Of a stretch of DNA of 62,766 nt, positions 38,246 to 47,579 are shown piece by piece. The stretch covers positions 1 through 62,766 of the forward strand of contig DLQB01000046.1 in NCBI GenBank assembly GCA_002477505.1, given 5' to 3'. The stretch comes from Flavobacteriales bacterium UBA7443 (lineage in GTDB: Bacteria; Bacteroidota; Bacteroidia; Flavobacteriales_D; Sanyastnellaceae). The notes beneath the pieces are model-generated. The model worked only from the letters and a program-made list of their open reading frames with translations. It did no database searches and was not told where the DNA came from. Both the position numbers and the translations under genes were made by a program. Position 1 is the first letter of the stretch, and every line of letters starts with the position of its first letter.

Positions 38246-39790
38246 CTAAAACTGACGTTCGTAGCATCCTTTATCAGGATTGCCGATGATTCTTGGATTT
38301 CCGTCTAGATCGACTGGAATTGAAAATTGACCGAAAGAACCATCCCAAAGGGCATTATTGGAATCGATGTGAAAATCCCTCGACGTGACGGATGCAAATG
38401 GAGGTACTTGGTCCACTGTGCAATTTTCCAGAATTGAAAGGGGAAACTCAATGTCCTGAACATCGACGGCACTATACCGAATTATAGGATTGACCGGAGG
38501 ATTGTTCATGCTCACGACAAACTCATCGAAATCGGTCAGCGAATGGTTGTTGCCCCAAAAAATACAATTGTTGAACAAGCTCCCGTCAAAACTTCGCTGC
38601 TGGATTTGACCATTGACATCTTCGTACCAATCCGTCATGAGCACCGAAGGCGCCTGACGTACTCCTTCGGACCAATAATTTACAAATGAACAGTGGTCCA
38701 TTCGGTAAGTCCCCCCTAAGGTGAACGCCGCTGTCGTTTGACCACAATCATAAAACAGATTGTTATAACCGTCTATTGTTGCTCCTTGAGCCAGCATACC
38801 AATAGCACTCATGTTGTAAATCTGTGTATTCTGTATCGTCAATGCCGCCGAATTGGAGGTGCCCGCAGTGTCCACTTGCAAACCAATGGTGCCATTTTTT
38901 AAAATCGCATGGCGAATCTCGCATTCCACGCCACCAAACAACCATATCCCACCACGTTGTGCCGTGACTTCCTCAATTCCATATTCCGTTTCAAATTCAA
39001 AATTCAACTCTATGCCCCATTGGCCGGCATATGCCTCATAATTTTCATCCAATCGATCGCCTTGAAAGACAACTTCCTGACCCAGTTGACCCGAAACATT
39101 TAAGGTGGACTGGTAAACCAATAGACCACCTCCATCGTGCACATGCACCTGCGTTCCCGGCAATATGGTCAAAGAGCATCCAGGTTCCACCTCAACGATG
39201 CCATAAATCACGTGAGGCAAATCAGAAGCCCAGGTCTCATCGCATGAAGGCAGCACCGTAATCTCATTCAATCCGCCATGGAAATGAGCGTTTTGGCCCC
39301 AAGCCGCCAATGTGACCAACTGCTCATTGCCATTGGTCACAAATCGAATGTAATCTTCGATGACAAAGGGTGTACTCCCTTGGGTTGGGTCAACGGTCAC
39401 CTCAATAAAAATCCACAAACTATCATTGGCAAGCAAAGGCCAATCTGTGACTGTGGGCCCCACTGCCCCATCCACATTGATGCGAAAAGGCGAATCAAGA
39501 CCTTCGAGCACTTCTATTTCATCAATAAGAACAGCACTCCCATTGGGGTTGAACACCTTCAAGGGCAACGTGACAGAACCAATGGTCGTAAAGACCGTGT
39601 CAAAAAGTATGGTGTCTGCTGAAAATTCCAAGGTCAAGCTGGAATCGTCTGAGTACCTCACCTTCCCGCAACCTGAACCAAAAACCATGCAACTGAGCAT
39701 GCATAAAACCATGGTGTAGCCAACCAATTCCGAAAGGCGGCTCAATCTTGGATTCAAGAATTTTTTTAAGGAAACACGCATCGTTCGCAA
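38246..39790 (-). CDS. hypothetical lipoprotein with right-handed parallel beta-helix-like repeats
   Basis: Signal plus lipobox (MVLCMLSCMVFGSGCGK). Repeated N/G-x-I/F...C/N turns (IRHAILKNGTIGL, LTIQNTQIYNMS, LFYDCGQ, HCSFVNYW, LFNNCIFWGNN) suggest PbH1-type beta-helix repeats. Confidence 0.55.
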   Translation of the reverse strand: MRTMRVSLKKFLNPRLSRLSELVGYTMVLCMLSCMVFGSGCGKVRYSDDSSLTLEFSADTILFDTVFTTIGSVTLPLKVFNPNGSAVLIDEIEVLEGLDSPFRINVDGAVGPTVTDWPLLANDSLWIFIEVTVDPTQGSTPFVIEDYIRFVTNGNEQLVTLAAWGQNAHFHGGLNEITVLPSCDETWASDLPHVIYGIVEVEPGCSLTILPGTQVHVHDGGGLLVYQSTLNVSGQLGQEVVFQGDRLDENYEAYAGQWGIELNFEFETEYGIEEVTAQRGGIWLFGGVECEIRHAILKNGTIGLQVDTAGTSNSAALTIQNTQIYNMSAIGMLAQGATIDGYNNLFYDCGQTTAAFTLGGTYRMDHCSFVNYWSEGVRQAPSVLMTDWYEDVNGQIQQRSFDGSLFNNCIFWGNNHSLTDFDEFVVSMNNPPVNPIIRYSAVDVQDIEFPLSILENCTVDQVPPFASVTSRDFHIDSNNALWDGSFGQFSIPVDLDGNPRIIGNPDKGCYERQF

Positions 39791-39916
39791 AGATGAAGCT
39801 GTTTGAGACGAAAACGAAACCAGACACAGATAATTGTCTTGAGGTGGTCAAGCAAAAAGCCATGCCAATCACTCTTGGATGGCATGGCTTTTCAATTCAG
39901 TCGTTTACTGAAGCTT

Positions 39917-40786
39917 TTATCCCAAGTAACTCTTGAGAATTCGGCTTCTACTCGTATGCTTCAACCGTCGGATTGCTTTTTCCTTGATTTGACGGACACG
40001 CTCACGTGTCAAATCAAATCGCTCTCCAATCTCTTCAAGGGTCATGGGATGCTCTCCGTTCAAACCGAAGTACAGGCGAATCACATCGCCCTCACGCGGT
40101 GTCAACGTGCGCAATGAACGTTCGATTTCTTTCCGCAAAGACTCGGTCATTAAGTCGGTATCCGGCGATGGCGTGTCCCCCGTTCGCATGACATCGTACA
40201 TATTACTCGATGACTCATCACCATCCTTCAATGGTGCATCCATGGAAACGTGTCGCCCTGCATTCTTCATGCTTTGCTTCACTTCGTCCAGCGTCATATC
40301 CAATGTCTCTGCCAGTTCAGCAGCCGTTGGAGGCCGCTCAAACTCCTGCTCCAAACGAGCAAATGCCTTATTGATTTTGTTAATTGAACCAATCTTGTTC
40401 AACGGCAATCGGACAATTCGGCTCTGCTCCGCGAGTGCCTGAAGGATACTTTGACGAATCCACCATACCGCATAAGAGATAAACTTAAACCCACGCGTCT
40501 CATCGAAGCGCTGCGCTGCTTTGATCAATCCGAGGTTGCCCTCATTGATTAAATCAGGCAATGAAAGCCCTTGATTTTGATATTGTTTTGAAACGGAAAC
40601 CACAAAACGAAGGTTGGCCTTGGTCAATTTCTCAAGAGCAACTTGATCGCCCTTTTTGATCCTGCGTGCCAACTCAACCTCCTCCTCGGCGGTGATCAAG
40701 TCTACACGACCAATTTCCTGCAGGTACTTATCCAACGATGCGGTCTCGCGGTTGGTTACCTGTTTTGTAATTTTCAGCTGCCTCAT
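39917..40786 (-). CDS. rpoD: RNA polymerase primary sigma factor (Bacteroidota short RpoD/SigA)
   Basis: 289 aa with region 2 ([12 protein letters not shown]...LIKAAQRFD...[13 protein letters not shown]), region 3 and region 4.2 ([24 protein letters not shown]). Confidence 0.95.
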   Translation of the reverse strand: MRQLKITKQVTNRETASLDKYLQEIGRVDLITAEEEVELARRIKKGDQVALEKLTKANLRFVVSVSKQYQNQGLSLPDLINEGNLGLIKAAQRFDETRGFKFISYAVWWIRQSILQALAEQSRIVRLPLNKIGSINKINKAFARLEQEFERPPTAAELAETLDMTLDEVKQSMKNAGRHVSMDAPLKDGDESSSNMYDVMRTGDTPSPDTDLMTESLRKEIERSLRTLTPREGDVIRLYFGLNGEHPMTLEEIGERFDLTRERVRQIKEKAIRRLKHTSRSRILKSYLG

Positions 40787-40845
40787 TTATTGGGTGCTTT
40801 AGTTATTGGTTCTCGATTCTTTTATACTCGCAACAATCAGAAAGG

Positions 40846-43110
40846 TTACTCTGAGTCAGAAGAAGACTGTTGATCTCCTCGTGGACCACGGTCCCGACCG
40901 CGATCACTGCGCGGGTCACGTCCACGATCTCCGCGGTCTCCACGGTCTCCGCGTGATCGCTCAGGACGCTCAACATATCCCTCTGGCTTTGGCATCAGCA
41001 CCTTTCGGCTTAATTTGATTTTCCCTGTCTTGTCGTCTCGTCCAACAACCTTAAACTTCACGACCTCGCCTTCTTTCAGGATGTCTTCCACGCGATCAAC
41101 GCGCTTCCAATCCAATTCAGAAACGTGGAGCAAACCGTCTTGACCTGGGATGACTTCAACAAAAGCCCCGTAAGGCATGATGCTCTTTACCTTGCCCTCA
41201 TATTCTTCGCCAATTTCAACAGTTGGCGGGAATGCGATGGCCTTAATTTTTGCAACAGCAGCTTCAATTGCTGACTTATTGGATGCTGAAATTTCCACGA
41301 TTCCCTTGCCGTCCACATCTTCAATGCTGATGACGGTTTCCGTATCTGCCTGAATCTCCTGAATAATCTTGCCGCCTGGACCGATAATTGGTCCAATGGA
41401 TTCGCCCGGTACTTGCAACGCCACAATCCGTGGTGCGTGGTCCTTGTAATCGGCGCGAGGCTCGGAAAGGCTGTGCAACATTTCACGACGGATGTGGTGA
41501 CGTCCTTCTCGGGCTTGCTCCAATGCTTCGCGCAATTGTTGGAAACTCAAACCTTTGATTTTGATGTCCATTTGGCAGGCAGTGATGCCTTTCTCCGTTC
41601 CAGTGACTTTAAAGTCCATATCACCTAAATGATCTTCATCCCCAAGGATATCAGATAGGACGACATATTTGCCCGATTCTTTATCGGTGATAAGCCCCAT
41701 TGCGATTCCTGAAACTGGCGCCTTGATTGGAATACCTCCATCCATCAAGGCCAGGGTTCCAGCACATACGGTTGCCATGGATGACGAACCATTTGATTCC
41801 AAAATTTCACTCACCAATCGAATGGTGTATGGACAATCTTCGACCGCAGGTAAAATTGGTTTGAGGGCGCGCAACGCGAGGTTACCATGTCCTACCTCTC
41901 GACGGCTTGTGCCGCGCAAAGGCCGCTCTTCACCTGTCGAAAATGGTGGGAAGTTGTAATGCAAAAGGAATTTCTCCGTCTTGCGAACCAACGCGCCATC
42001 GATGAGCTGCTCGTCCAATTTGGTCCCCAACGTAAGCGTCGTCAACGATTGAGTCTCTCCTCGGGTGAAAATCGAGCTGCCATGCGTTCCGGGCAAGTAA
42101 TCCACTTCCGTCCAAATCGAACGGATATCTGTTGGCTTGCGCCCATCCAAACGAGTTTCTTCATTGAGCAACAAATCTCGGATGGCCTTCTTCTGCACCG
42201 CACTGATGTACTGACGCAACATGAAAGCCTTTTCATTTCGCTCCTCATCGGAGAGCGTCTCCATGAAGGAGTCTTTGATGGCCTTGAAAGAAGCTTTGCG
42301 TTCTTCTTTCGACTTACCGACCTGTGCCGCTTTGTAGAATGGTTCGGTCAGTGCTTCATTGACACGCGACCGCAAATCTTCATCGTGGTTCTCATGCGAA
42401 TACTCTCGCTGAACACCATAATGTCCTGTGCTTTTCGCCAGCGCAATTTGCGCTTCACATTGTGCTTGAATTGCCTTGTGCGCAGCTTCGATGGCATCCA
42501 CCATCTCGTCTTCGCTCACCTCAGACATCTCGCCCTCCACCATGACAATGCTATCCATGCTTCCCGCAACCATCATATCCATGTCCGCGCTCTCTAATTC
42601 TGTGCGGTGTGGGTTGATGACAAATGCTCCATCGATTCGTGCAACACGCACCTCCGAAATGGGACCATCAAATGGAATATCGCTGACAGCCAAACACGCA
42701 GAAGCGGCCAAACCAGCCAGGCTGTCGGGCAAAACTTCAGCATCCGCTGACATCAATTGAATCATGACTTGGGTTCCCGCGTGGTAATCAGACGGAAATG
42801 TGGGGCGAAGCGCCCGATCTACGAGTCGCATGACCAGCACTTCCGTATCAGAAGGGCGTGCCTCACGTTTGAAGAAACCGCCGGGGAATCGACCCGCCGC
42901 AGCATACTTCTCGCGATAATCCACCGTAAGGGGTAAAAAATCCATGTCATCGCGCACTTCGTGCGATGATACTGCCGTTGCCAGCAGCATTGTGTCGCCG
43001 CATCGTACGACGACTGAACCGTGCGCTTGCTTTGCAAGCTTGCCAGTTTCGAGGGTGATCTCGCGCCCGTTGCCGAGATCAATGGTTTGGTTGTGTACCG
43101 TATAATTCAT
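40846..43110 (-). CDS. pnp: polyribonucleotide nucleotidyltransferase (PNPase) with Arg/Asp-rich C-terminal tail
   Basis: Two RNase PH domains, KH ([19 protein letters not shown]), S1 ([17 protein letters not shown]) and an extra roughly 40-aa RGD/RD-repeat tail. Confidence 0.97.
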   Translation of the reverse strand: MNYTVHNQTIDLGNGREITLETGKLAKQAHGSVVVRCGDTMLLATAVSSHEVRDDMDFLPLTVDYREKYAAAGRFPGGFFKREARPSDTEVLVMRLVDRALRPTFPSDYHAGTQVMIQLMSADAEVLPDSLAGLAASACLAVSDIPFDGPISEVRVARIDGAFVINPHRTELESADMDMMVAGSMDSIVMVEGEMSEVSEDEMVDAIEAAHKAIQAQCEAQIALAKSTGHYGVQREYSHENHDEDLRSRVNEALTEPFYKAAQVGKSKEERKASFKAIKDSFMETLSDEERNEKAFMLRQYISAVQKKAIRDLLLNEETRLDGRKPTDIRSIWTEVDYLPGTHGSSIFTRGETQSLTTLTLGTKLDEQLIDGALVRKTEKFLLHYNFPPFSTGEERPLRGTSRREVGHGNLALRALKPILPAVEDCPYTIRLVSEILESNGSSSMATVCAGTLALMDGGIPIKAPVSGIAMGLITDKESGKYVVLSDILGDEDHLGDMDFKVTGTEKGITACQMDIKIKGLSFQQLREALEQAREGRHHIRREMLHSLSEPRADYKDHAPRIVALQVPGESIGPIIGPGGKIIQEIQADTETVISIEDVDGKGIVEISASNKSAIEAAVAKIKAIAFPPTVEIGEEYEGKVKSIMPYGAFVEVIPGQDGLLHVSELDWKRVDRVEDILKEGEVVKFKVVGRDDKTGKIKLSRKVLMPKPEGYVERPERSRGDRGDRGDRGRDPRSDRGRDRGPRGDQQSSSDSE
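40924..40950 (-). repeat. three imperfect 9-bp tandem repeats inside the pnp 3' end
   Basis: Plus strand ACGATCTCC GCGGTCTCC ACGGTCTCC, encoding (RGD)3 on the coding strand. Confidence 0.8.
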
Positions 43111-43161
43111 CTTTCCTGTAAATGCATCTTGTTCCTTGAACTCCCTTGAGCCAAGGCGTAT

Positions 43162-43199
43162 AAAAAAACGAAAAAGGCAACGGTGCTTTACCGATTGCC
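43162..43199 (-). terminator. intrinsic terminator / attenuator between rpsO and pnp
   Basis: On the minus strand, GGCAATCGGT-AAAGC-ACCGTTGCC (9 bp with one bulge) followed by TTTTTCGTTTTTTT. It lies 25 nt after the rpsO stop and about 50 nt before the pnp ATG. Confidence 0.75.
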
Positions 43200-43223
43200 T
43201 CTCTCGTTTTCAAAATTTCATAA

Positions 43224-43496
43224 TTAGCGACGTAAACCGAGTTTGGACACAATTGCACGGTAACGCGCGATGTCCTTTGCCGAGAGATAATCCAACAACT
43301 TTCGTCGCTTACCGACCAATTTGATCAGAGCCCGCTGGGTGTGGAAGTCCTTTCGGTTCTTCTTCAAATGCTCTGTTAAGTGAGCAATCCGGTATGAAAA
43401 CATTGCCACCTGCGCTTCCGCATTTCCGGTGTCTTTGTCATTTACCCCATGCTCAGCAAAAAACTCCTTCTTTTTGTCTGCGTCTAAGTAATACAT
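43224..43496 (-). CDS. rpsO: 30S ribosomal protein S15
   Basis: 90 aa with GNAEAQVA..S.RI..LTEHLKKNRKDFHTQRALIKLVGKRRKLLDYL. Confidence 0.97.
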   Translation of the reverse strand: MYYLDADKKKEFFAEHGVNDKDTGNAEAQVAMFSYRIAHLTEHLKKNRKDFHTQRALIKLVGKRRKLLDYLSAKDIARYRAIVSKLGLRR

Positions 43497-43618
43497 GTCG
43501 AAATCATTTAGATGTTCGTGATGTGAATAAAGGCGCGAAGATAAGCCTTCTATCTTTGGTTAACAACGCACCACACACATTTCTGCTCGATCACCAGCAG
43601 CATCGCGCCAGCGGCCTT

Positions 43619-44485
43619 CTAAGTTCGAGACGCTTCAGGAGCATCATACATCGCCTTGAGGCTAAACGCGATTTTTTCTTTGAGGTCTTTGCGCTCTACA
43701 ATAGCGTCCAAGAATCCATGTTCCAATAAAAACTCGGAACGCTGAAATCCCTCGGGAAGATCCTTGCCAATGGTTTCTTTAACCACTCTCGGCCCAGCGA
43801 ATCCAATCAAAGCATTGGGTTCCGCAATATTCATGTCCCCCAGCATAGCGAATGACGCTGTCACGCCGCCCGTTGTGGGATCCGTCAATACCGAAATATA
43901 GGGAAGCCCTGCTTTGGCTAGCAATGAGAGCTTCGCACTGGTCTTCGCCATTTGCATCAAGCTCAAACCCGCTTCCATCATTCGAGCCCCACCTGATTTG
44001 CTGATGCAGATGAAGGGACATCCCTTTTTCAATGACAAATCAATGCCACGGGCGATTTTTTCGCCGACTACGCTTCCCATGGACCCGCCGATGAACTGGA
44101 AATCCATGCAAGAAATCACCACGGGAATGCCTTCCAAATCACCGGAGGCGGTGCGCAAAGCGTCAGTGAGTCCCGTTTTCTTCTTGGCAGCAGCCAGTCG
44201 ACTGGAATAAGACTTGGTGTCAATAAATTTCAAAGGATCTTCACTCTCGATCTTTGGGGCCACTTCTCTGTATTTGCCTTCGTCGAAAAGCAACTCAAAA
44301 TATTCTTCGCTTCCCACCCGATCGTGATGTCCGCAATAGGTGCAGACATGAATTCGATCCGCATGTTGCTGCGACGTCACAACCGTTTTGCAATTGACGC
44401 ATTGATGCCAAGCACCTTCTGGAATCTCCTTCTTATCGGTGCTTTTGGTCGTAATGCCGTCCTGTATTCGCTTAAACCAACCCAT
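43619..44485 (-). CDS. accD: acetyl-CoA carboxylase carboxyltransferase subunit beta
   Basis: N-terminal zinc ribbon (CVNCKTV...CTYCGHH), then FIGGSMGSVVGEK and the carboxyltransferase core. Confidence 0.95.
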   Translation of the reverse strand: MGWFKRIQDGITTKSTDKKEIPEGAWHQCVNCKTVVTSQQHADRIHVCTYCGHHDRVGSEEYFELLFDEGKYREVAPKIESEDPLKFIDTKSYSSRLAAAKKKTGLTDALRTASGDLEGIPVVISCMDFQFIGGSMGSVVGEKIARGIDLSLKKGCPFICISKSGGARMMEAGLSLMQMAKTSAKLSLLAKAGLPYISVLTDPTTGGVTASFAMLGDMNIAEPNALIGFAGPRVVKETIGKDLPEGFQRSEFLLEHGFLDAIVERKDLKEKIAFSLKAMYDAPEASRT

Positions 44486-44533
44486 AGTGTGTCAAATTTC
44501 CGGGCTAAGTTAAAGCAATCCTGAAACTGGCAT

Positions 44534-46801
44534 TCAAAATGGATAACCAATGCCCAAATGAAGCGCCCCTTTTGATGGACCTTCTGAAATCCAACGCTTA
44601 CCGGGCATTTGCACGGGGTCATGCAAACGCAGTGCAGCATCCACTCGAAAAATAAAAAACTCGAAATCCAATCGGGCGCCAACACCCGCTCCCCAAGCCA
44701 GAGATCGCAAATCAAATGTGAGTTTTTCACTCGCTACATCGGCACTCGAATTTTGCAACCATACATTTCCTAAATCTGTAAAAAATGCCATTTCGAACAC
44801 TTCAGTCAGGTCTTTTCTTGTTTCGACGCTCAACTCGCCTTGCAAATCGCCGAGCCCCGAAACGAAACCGCCATTGAAATCATCAGGGTTTGCGAATCCC
44901 GGACCTAAATCGCGTGCACTCCATCCGCGCAAACCATTTGCTCCACCAGCGAAAAAAGACCGGTCAAATGGAATTCCATTAAAATTCGCACCGTTCACCG
45001 CCCAACCGCCGCGCAACCGCCCATGCCATGAAGTACCTTTCTGTTGGTTCTCTTTCCTCTCCCATATCCACTCTCCTTCCGTGCGGAAATAATGGGCAAA
45101 GGGAATGTTGCCGAGAAGCAATTGGCCCGATTCGTTGGAAGCCCAATTCCGATTATTTGCGAGTGCTTCCAATCCCCATCCGGTCCATTCTGCCTGGATG
45201 CGAAAGGAACCGCCCACCCTTGAACTGACCGACCAATCTGTTCTCCAATCTACCCGGGACAAGATCGATGCATAGTCCTGAAATCTTGCCGTCAAGTATG
45301 GATTCGATTGATCCTCGAGCCATTGGCGAAACCCCTCCTCTGTGCTGATTTTCAAACGCCTAAACTCCATCAAATCCATGCGAAATTCACTGCGACTTGC
45401 CGGATTCTCGATGAAGTGAAAACCCCACTTAAAAATCAATGAGTTTTGGGCATATTCAGGCCTGTTTTCACGGCCCCAATTGAAGGCAAAATCGGATCGC
45501 GCACGGTTGGAAGGACGCAATTTCAGCAAGGGAATCGGCGGAATTCCCAATGTTGAATAATGCGCCTGCACCATCCAAGCTCCGCTGTTGGGCACCAAGT
45601 AATCGTTCGAATATGAGAACGGCCGAGTAGAAGTGATTCCGCCTGACAATTGGATGTCCCACTCATCTCCGCGCCCTGAAGCAAGTCGATCCATTAACGA
45701 CCAGCTCAGAACAGGACCATATCGCGCATCCGTTCGCGTCATATCCAACGACGTCGTCATTCCAAATCGCTTAGCGGGATGAAGCAAAACATTCACATCA
45801 TAAATCAATTGTTCATTTACAAGTCCGTTGAAGGAACCTGGAATGTCCACACGCGAAACACACGGCAATTCGACAACGCGCCTCTGGGTCTCTTGCAAGA
45901 CTCTGTCATTGTAGCGCATCCCTTCTTCAATGGACATTAAAAATTCCACAACATTCGAGCGAATCAGCGAATCGTTTTCTGCACCTTCCACTGACCAGGT
46001 AACACGACCAAACCTAGCCTCTTTGTGCGGTTTGGGAGTTTCTTCATTGAACCAGCCCTCTGGTGCCAACTCAATTTCCAACTTCACTTCATGCAAATGT
46101 CGAGCTTGGCTCGTATCCGCTATAAAATTAACGTGGGATGCTTGCACAGAGGCAAATCCACGGTTGCGCAGGTCCCGTGCTACCTGATTTCGCGTGGCCT
46201 CCAGATCATCCACGGCGAAGTCATCGCCCGGCTTCATGTCAATCTCGATCTGGGAAACAGCACCATCCATGCCCATTTGATTGTCGGACCAATCAATCGA
46301 ACCAAGCTTCCACAATGGGCCTGGCTCCAAAAGATACCTAACCTCAACTGTCCGTTCCTTCGTAGAATCGATGACCGCACTACAATCCGCATCTAAAAAA
46401 CCCAATTGTTTGCTGATGAACTTGATGTTTAAAGCGGTCCGTTGCACGAGCGCAACATCAAGTTTTGCTGGTGACTCCCCTACCTTTTCCGATAACCACC
46501 AGCGAAGACCTCCGATTGGTTTGCCTAAATCTTGGCGGCGCTGAATGGCACGTTCAAGGGCAGCAGGGCGGACCAATCCGTGCAATCGCATAGGAATGCG
46601 TATCCCCAAGAATTTTGCATTGGAAGCGATACGCATACCGGAATCAAAGGATTCTGCTTTCAAATCAACCTGCTTGGGATTGGACCATTCAATCGTTTGA
46701 CTCTGCAGGTAAATGGCATCCTCTTCCATCATTCGCAACGGGGAACAACCCGACCCTGCGAACACGCAAACCGCCGCAAGATATCCATACCTTCGCCGCA
46801 A
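44534..46801 (-). CDS. BamA/TamA (Omp85, surface antigen D15) family outer-membrane protein
   Basis: POTRA-like N-terminal repeats, a C-terminal Omp85 barrel (FFAGGANGLRGW...) and a terminal ...LGIGYPF. The TTG at 46801 gives M-RRRYGYLAAVCVFAGSGCSP (signal or lipobox-like). The ORF-track ATG at 46909 would overlap the divergent trmH-like gene. Confidence 0.8.
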   Translation of the reverse strand: MRRRYGYLAAVCVFAGSGCSPLRMMEEDAIYLQSQTIEWSNPKQVDLKAESFDSGMRIASNAKFLGIRIPMRLHGLVRPAALERAIQRRQDLGKPIGGLRWWLSEKVGESPAKLDVALVQRTALNIKFISKQLGFLDADCSAVIDSTKERTVEVRYLLEPGPLWKLGSIDWSDNQMGMDGAVSQIEIDMKPGDDFAVDDLEATRNQVARDLRNRGFASVQASHVNFIADTSQARHLHEVKLEIELAPEGWFNEETPKPHKEARFGRVTWSVEGAENDSLIRSNVVEFLMSIEEGMRYNDRVLQETQRRVVELPCVSRVDIPGSFNGLVNEQLIYDVNVLLHPAKRFGMTTSLDMTRTDARYGPVLSWSLMDRLASGRGDEWDIQLSGGITSTRPFSYSNDYLVPNSGAWMVQAHYSTLGIPPIPLLKLRPSNRARSDFAFNWGRENRPEYAQNSLIFKWGFHFIENPASRSEFRMDLMEFRRLKISTEEGFRQWLEDQSNPYLTARFQDYASILSRVDWRTDWSVSSRVGGSFRIQAEWTGWGLEALANNRNWASNESGQLLLGNIPFAHYFRTEGEWIWERKENQQKGTSWHGRLRGGWAVNGANFNGIPFDRSFFAGGANGLRGWSARDLGPGFANPDDFNGGFVSGLGDLQGELSVETRKDLTEVFEMAFFTDLGNVWLQNSSADVASEKLTFDLRSLAWGAGVGARLDFEFFIFRVDAALRLHDPVQMPGKRWISEGPSKGALHLGIGYPF

Positions 46802-46814
46802 GCTTTTACCACAA

Positions 46815-47564
46815 ATGACCCGCGAAGAAATCTTACAAGTTAAATCCTTGAGCAAGCGAACCGAACGCAAGGCGCGTGGACAATTTATCGTTGAAGGGAT
46901 TAAAAACATATCGGAATTGGCGTCAAGTCCGTTTGGAATTGAGCGAATTTACTATACGCAGGGCATGGACGAACACATTCCTGAACAACTTATGGCAAGA
47001 TCCCAAGCCGTGAGTTCAAAAGCAATGGACCGGATTTCTCAATTAAAAACGCCTCCAGGATTGATTGCTGTTGTGGGAATTCCCTCTCAAAACATGGACA
47101 TCCTCGATGAGCTTGCCAATCAAAAACTCCCCTTCGCTTTGGTCGCAGATGGAATACAAGATCCCGGAAACCTTGGAACCCTAATCCGTTCGGCCGATTG
47201 GTTTGGGATGCACGCCTTATTTGTTACCGAGAAAACAACAGACCCCTGGTCGACGAAATGTGTTCAGGCTTCCATGGGCTCCATTTTCAAAGTCCCTGTT
47301 TTGGAATGGAAAGATGAGTTTGAAGCGAAAACAGCGCTGCTAAAGCATTACGCATTGGACCTCGACGGCGTAACATATCATGAAGTAGCCTGGAGCGCTG
47401 GACTCATTTGGGTTGGTTCAGAAAGCCACGGACTGCAGGTGGCTGAAGCTTTGCCCCACCAGAAAATCACCATCCCCCGCCTCGGACGAGCTGAATCATT
47501 AAATGCTGGAGTTGCCGGCTCCATTGCTTGCGCAGAAATTGCGAGAAGCTTCGGCAAAACCTGA
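46815..47564 (+). CDS. TrmH/SpoU family RNA 2'-O-methyltransferase
   Basis: MTREEILQVKSLSKRTERKARGQFIVEG, DGIQDPGNLGTLIRSA, GSESHGL and ESLNAGVAGSI, which are the SPOUT motifs. Confidence 0.88.
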   Translation: MTREEILQVKSLSKRTERKARGQFIVEGIKNISELASSPFGIERIYYTQGMDEHIPEQLMARSQAVSSKAMDRISQLKTPPGLIAVVGIPSQNMDILDELANQKLPFALVADGIQDPGNLGTLIRSADWFGMHALFVTEKTTDPWSTKCVQASMGSIFKVPVLEWKDEFEAKTALLKHYALDLDGVTYHEVAWSAGLIWVGSESHGLQVAEALPHQKITIPRLGRAESLNAGVAGSIACAEIARSFGKT

Positions 47565-47579
47565 AGAGGTAAAAAGTGG

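Noticed and set aside
40849-40968. RGD triplets in the PNPase tail interpreted as integrin-binding or adhesion motifs.
   Set aside because: PNPase is cytoplasmic. The triplets are part of a general R/D/G low-complexity tail generated by 9-bp repeats, so a charge-pattern or RNA-binding role is far more plausible.
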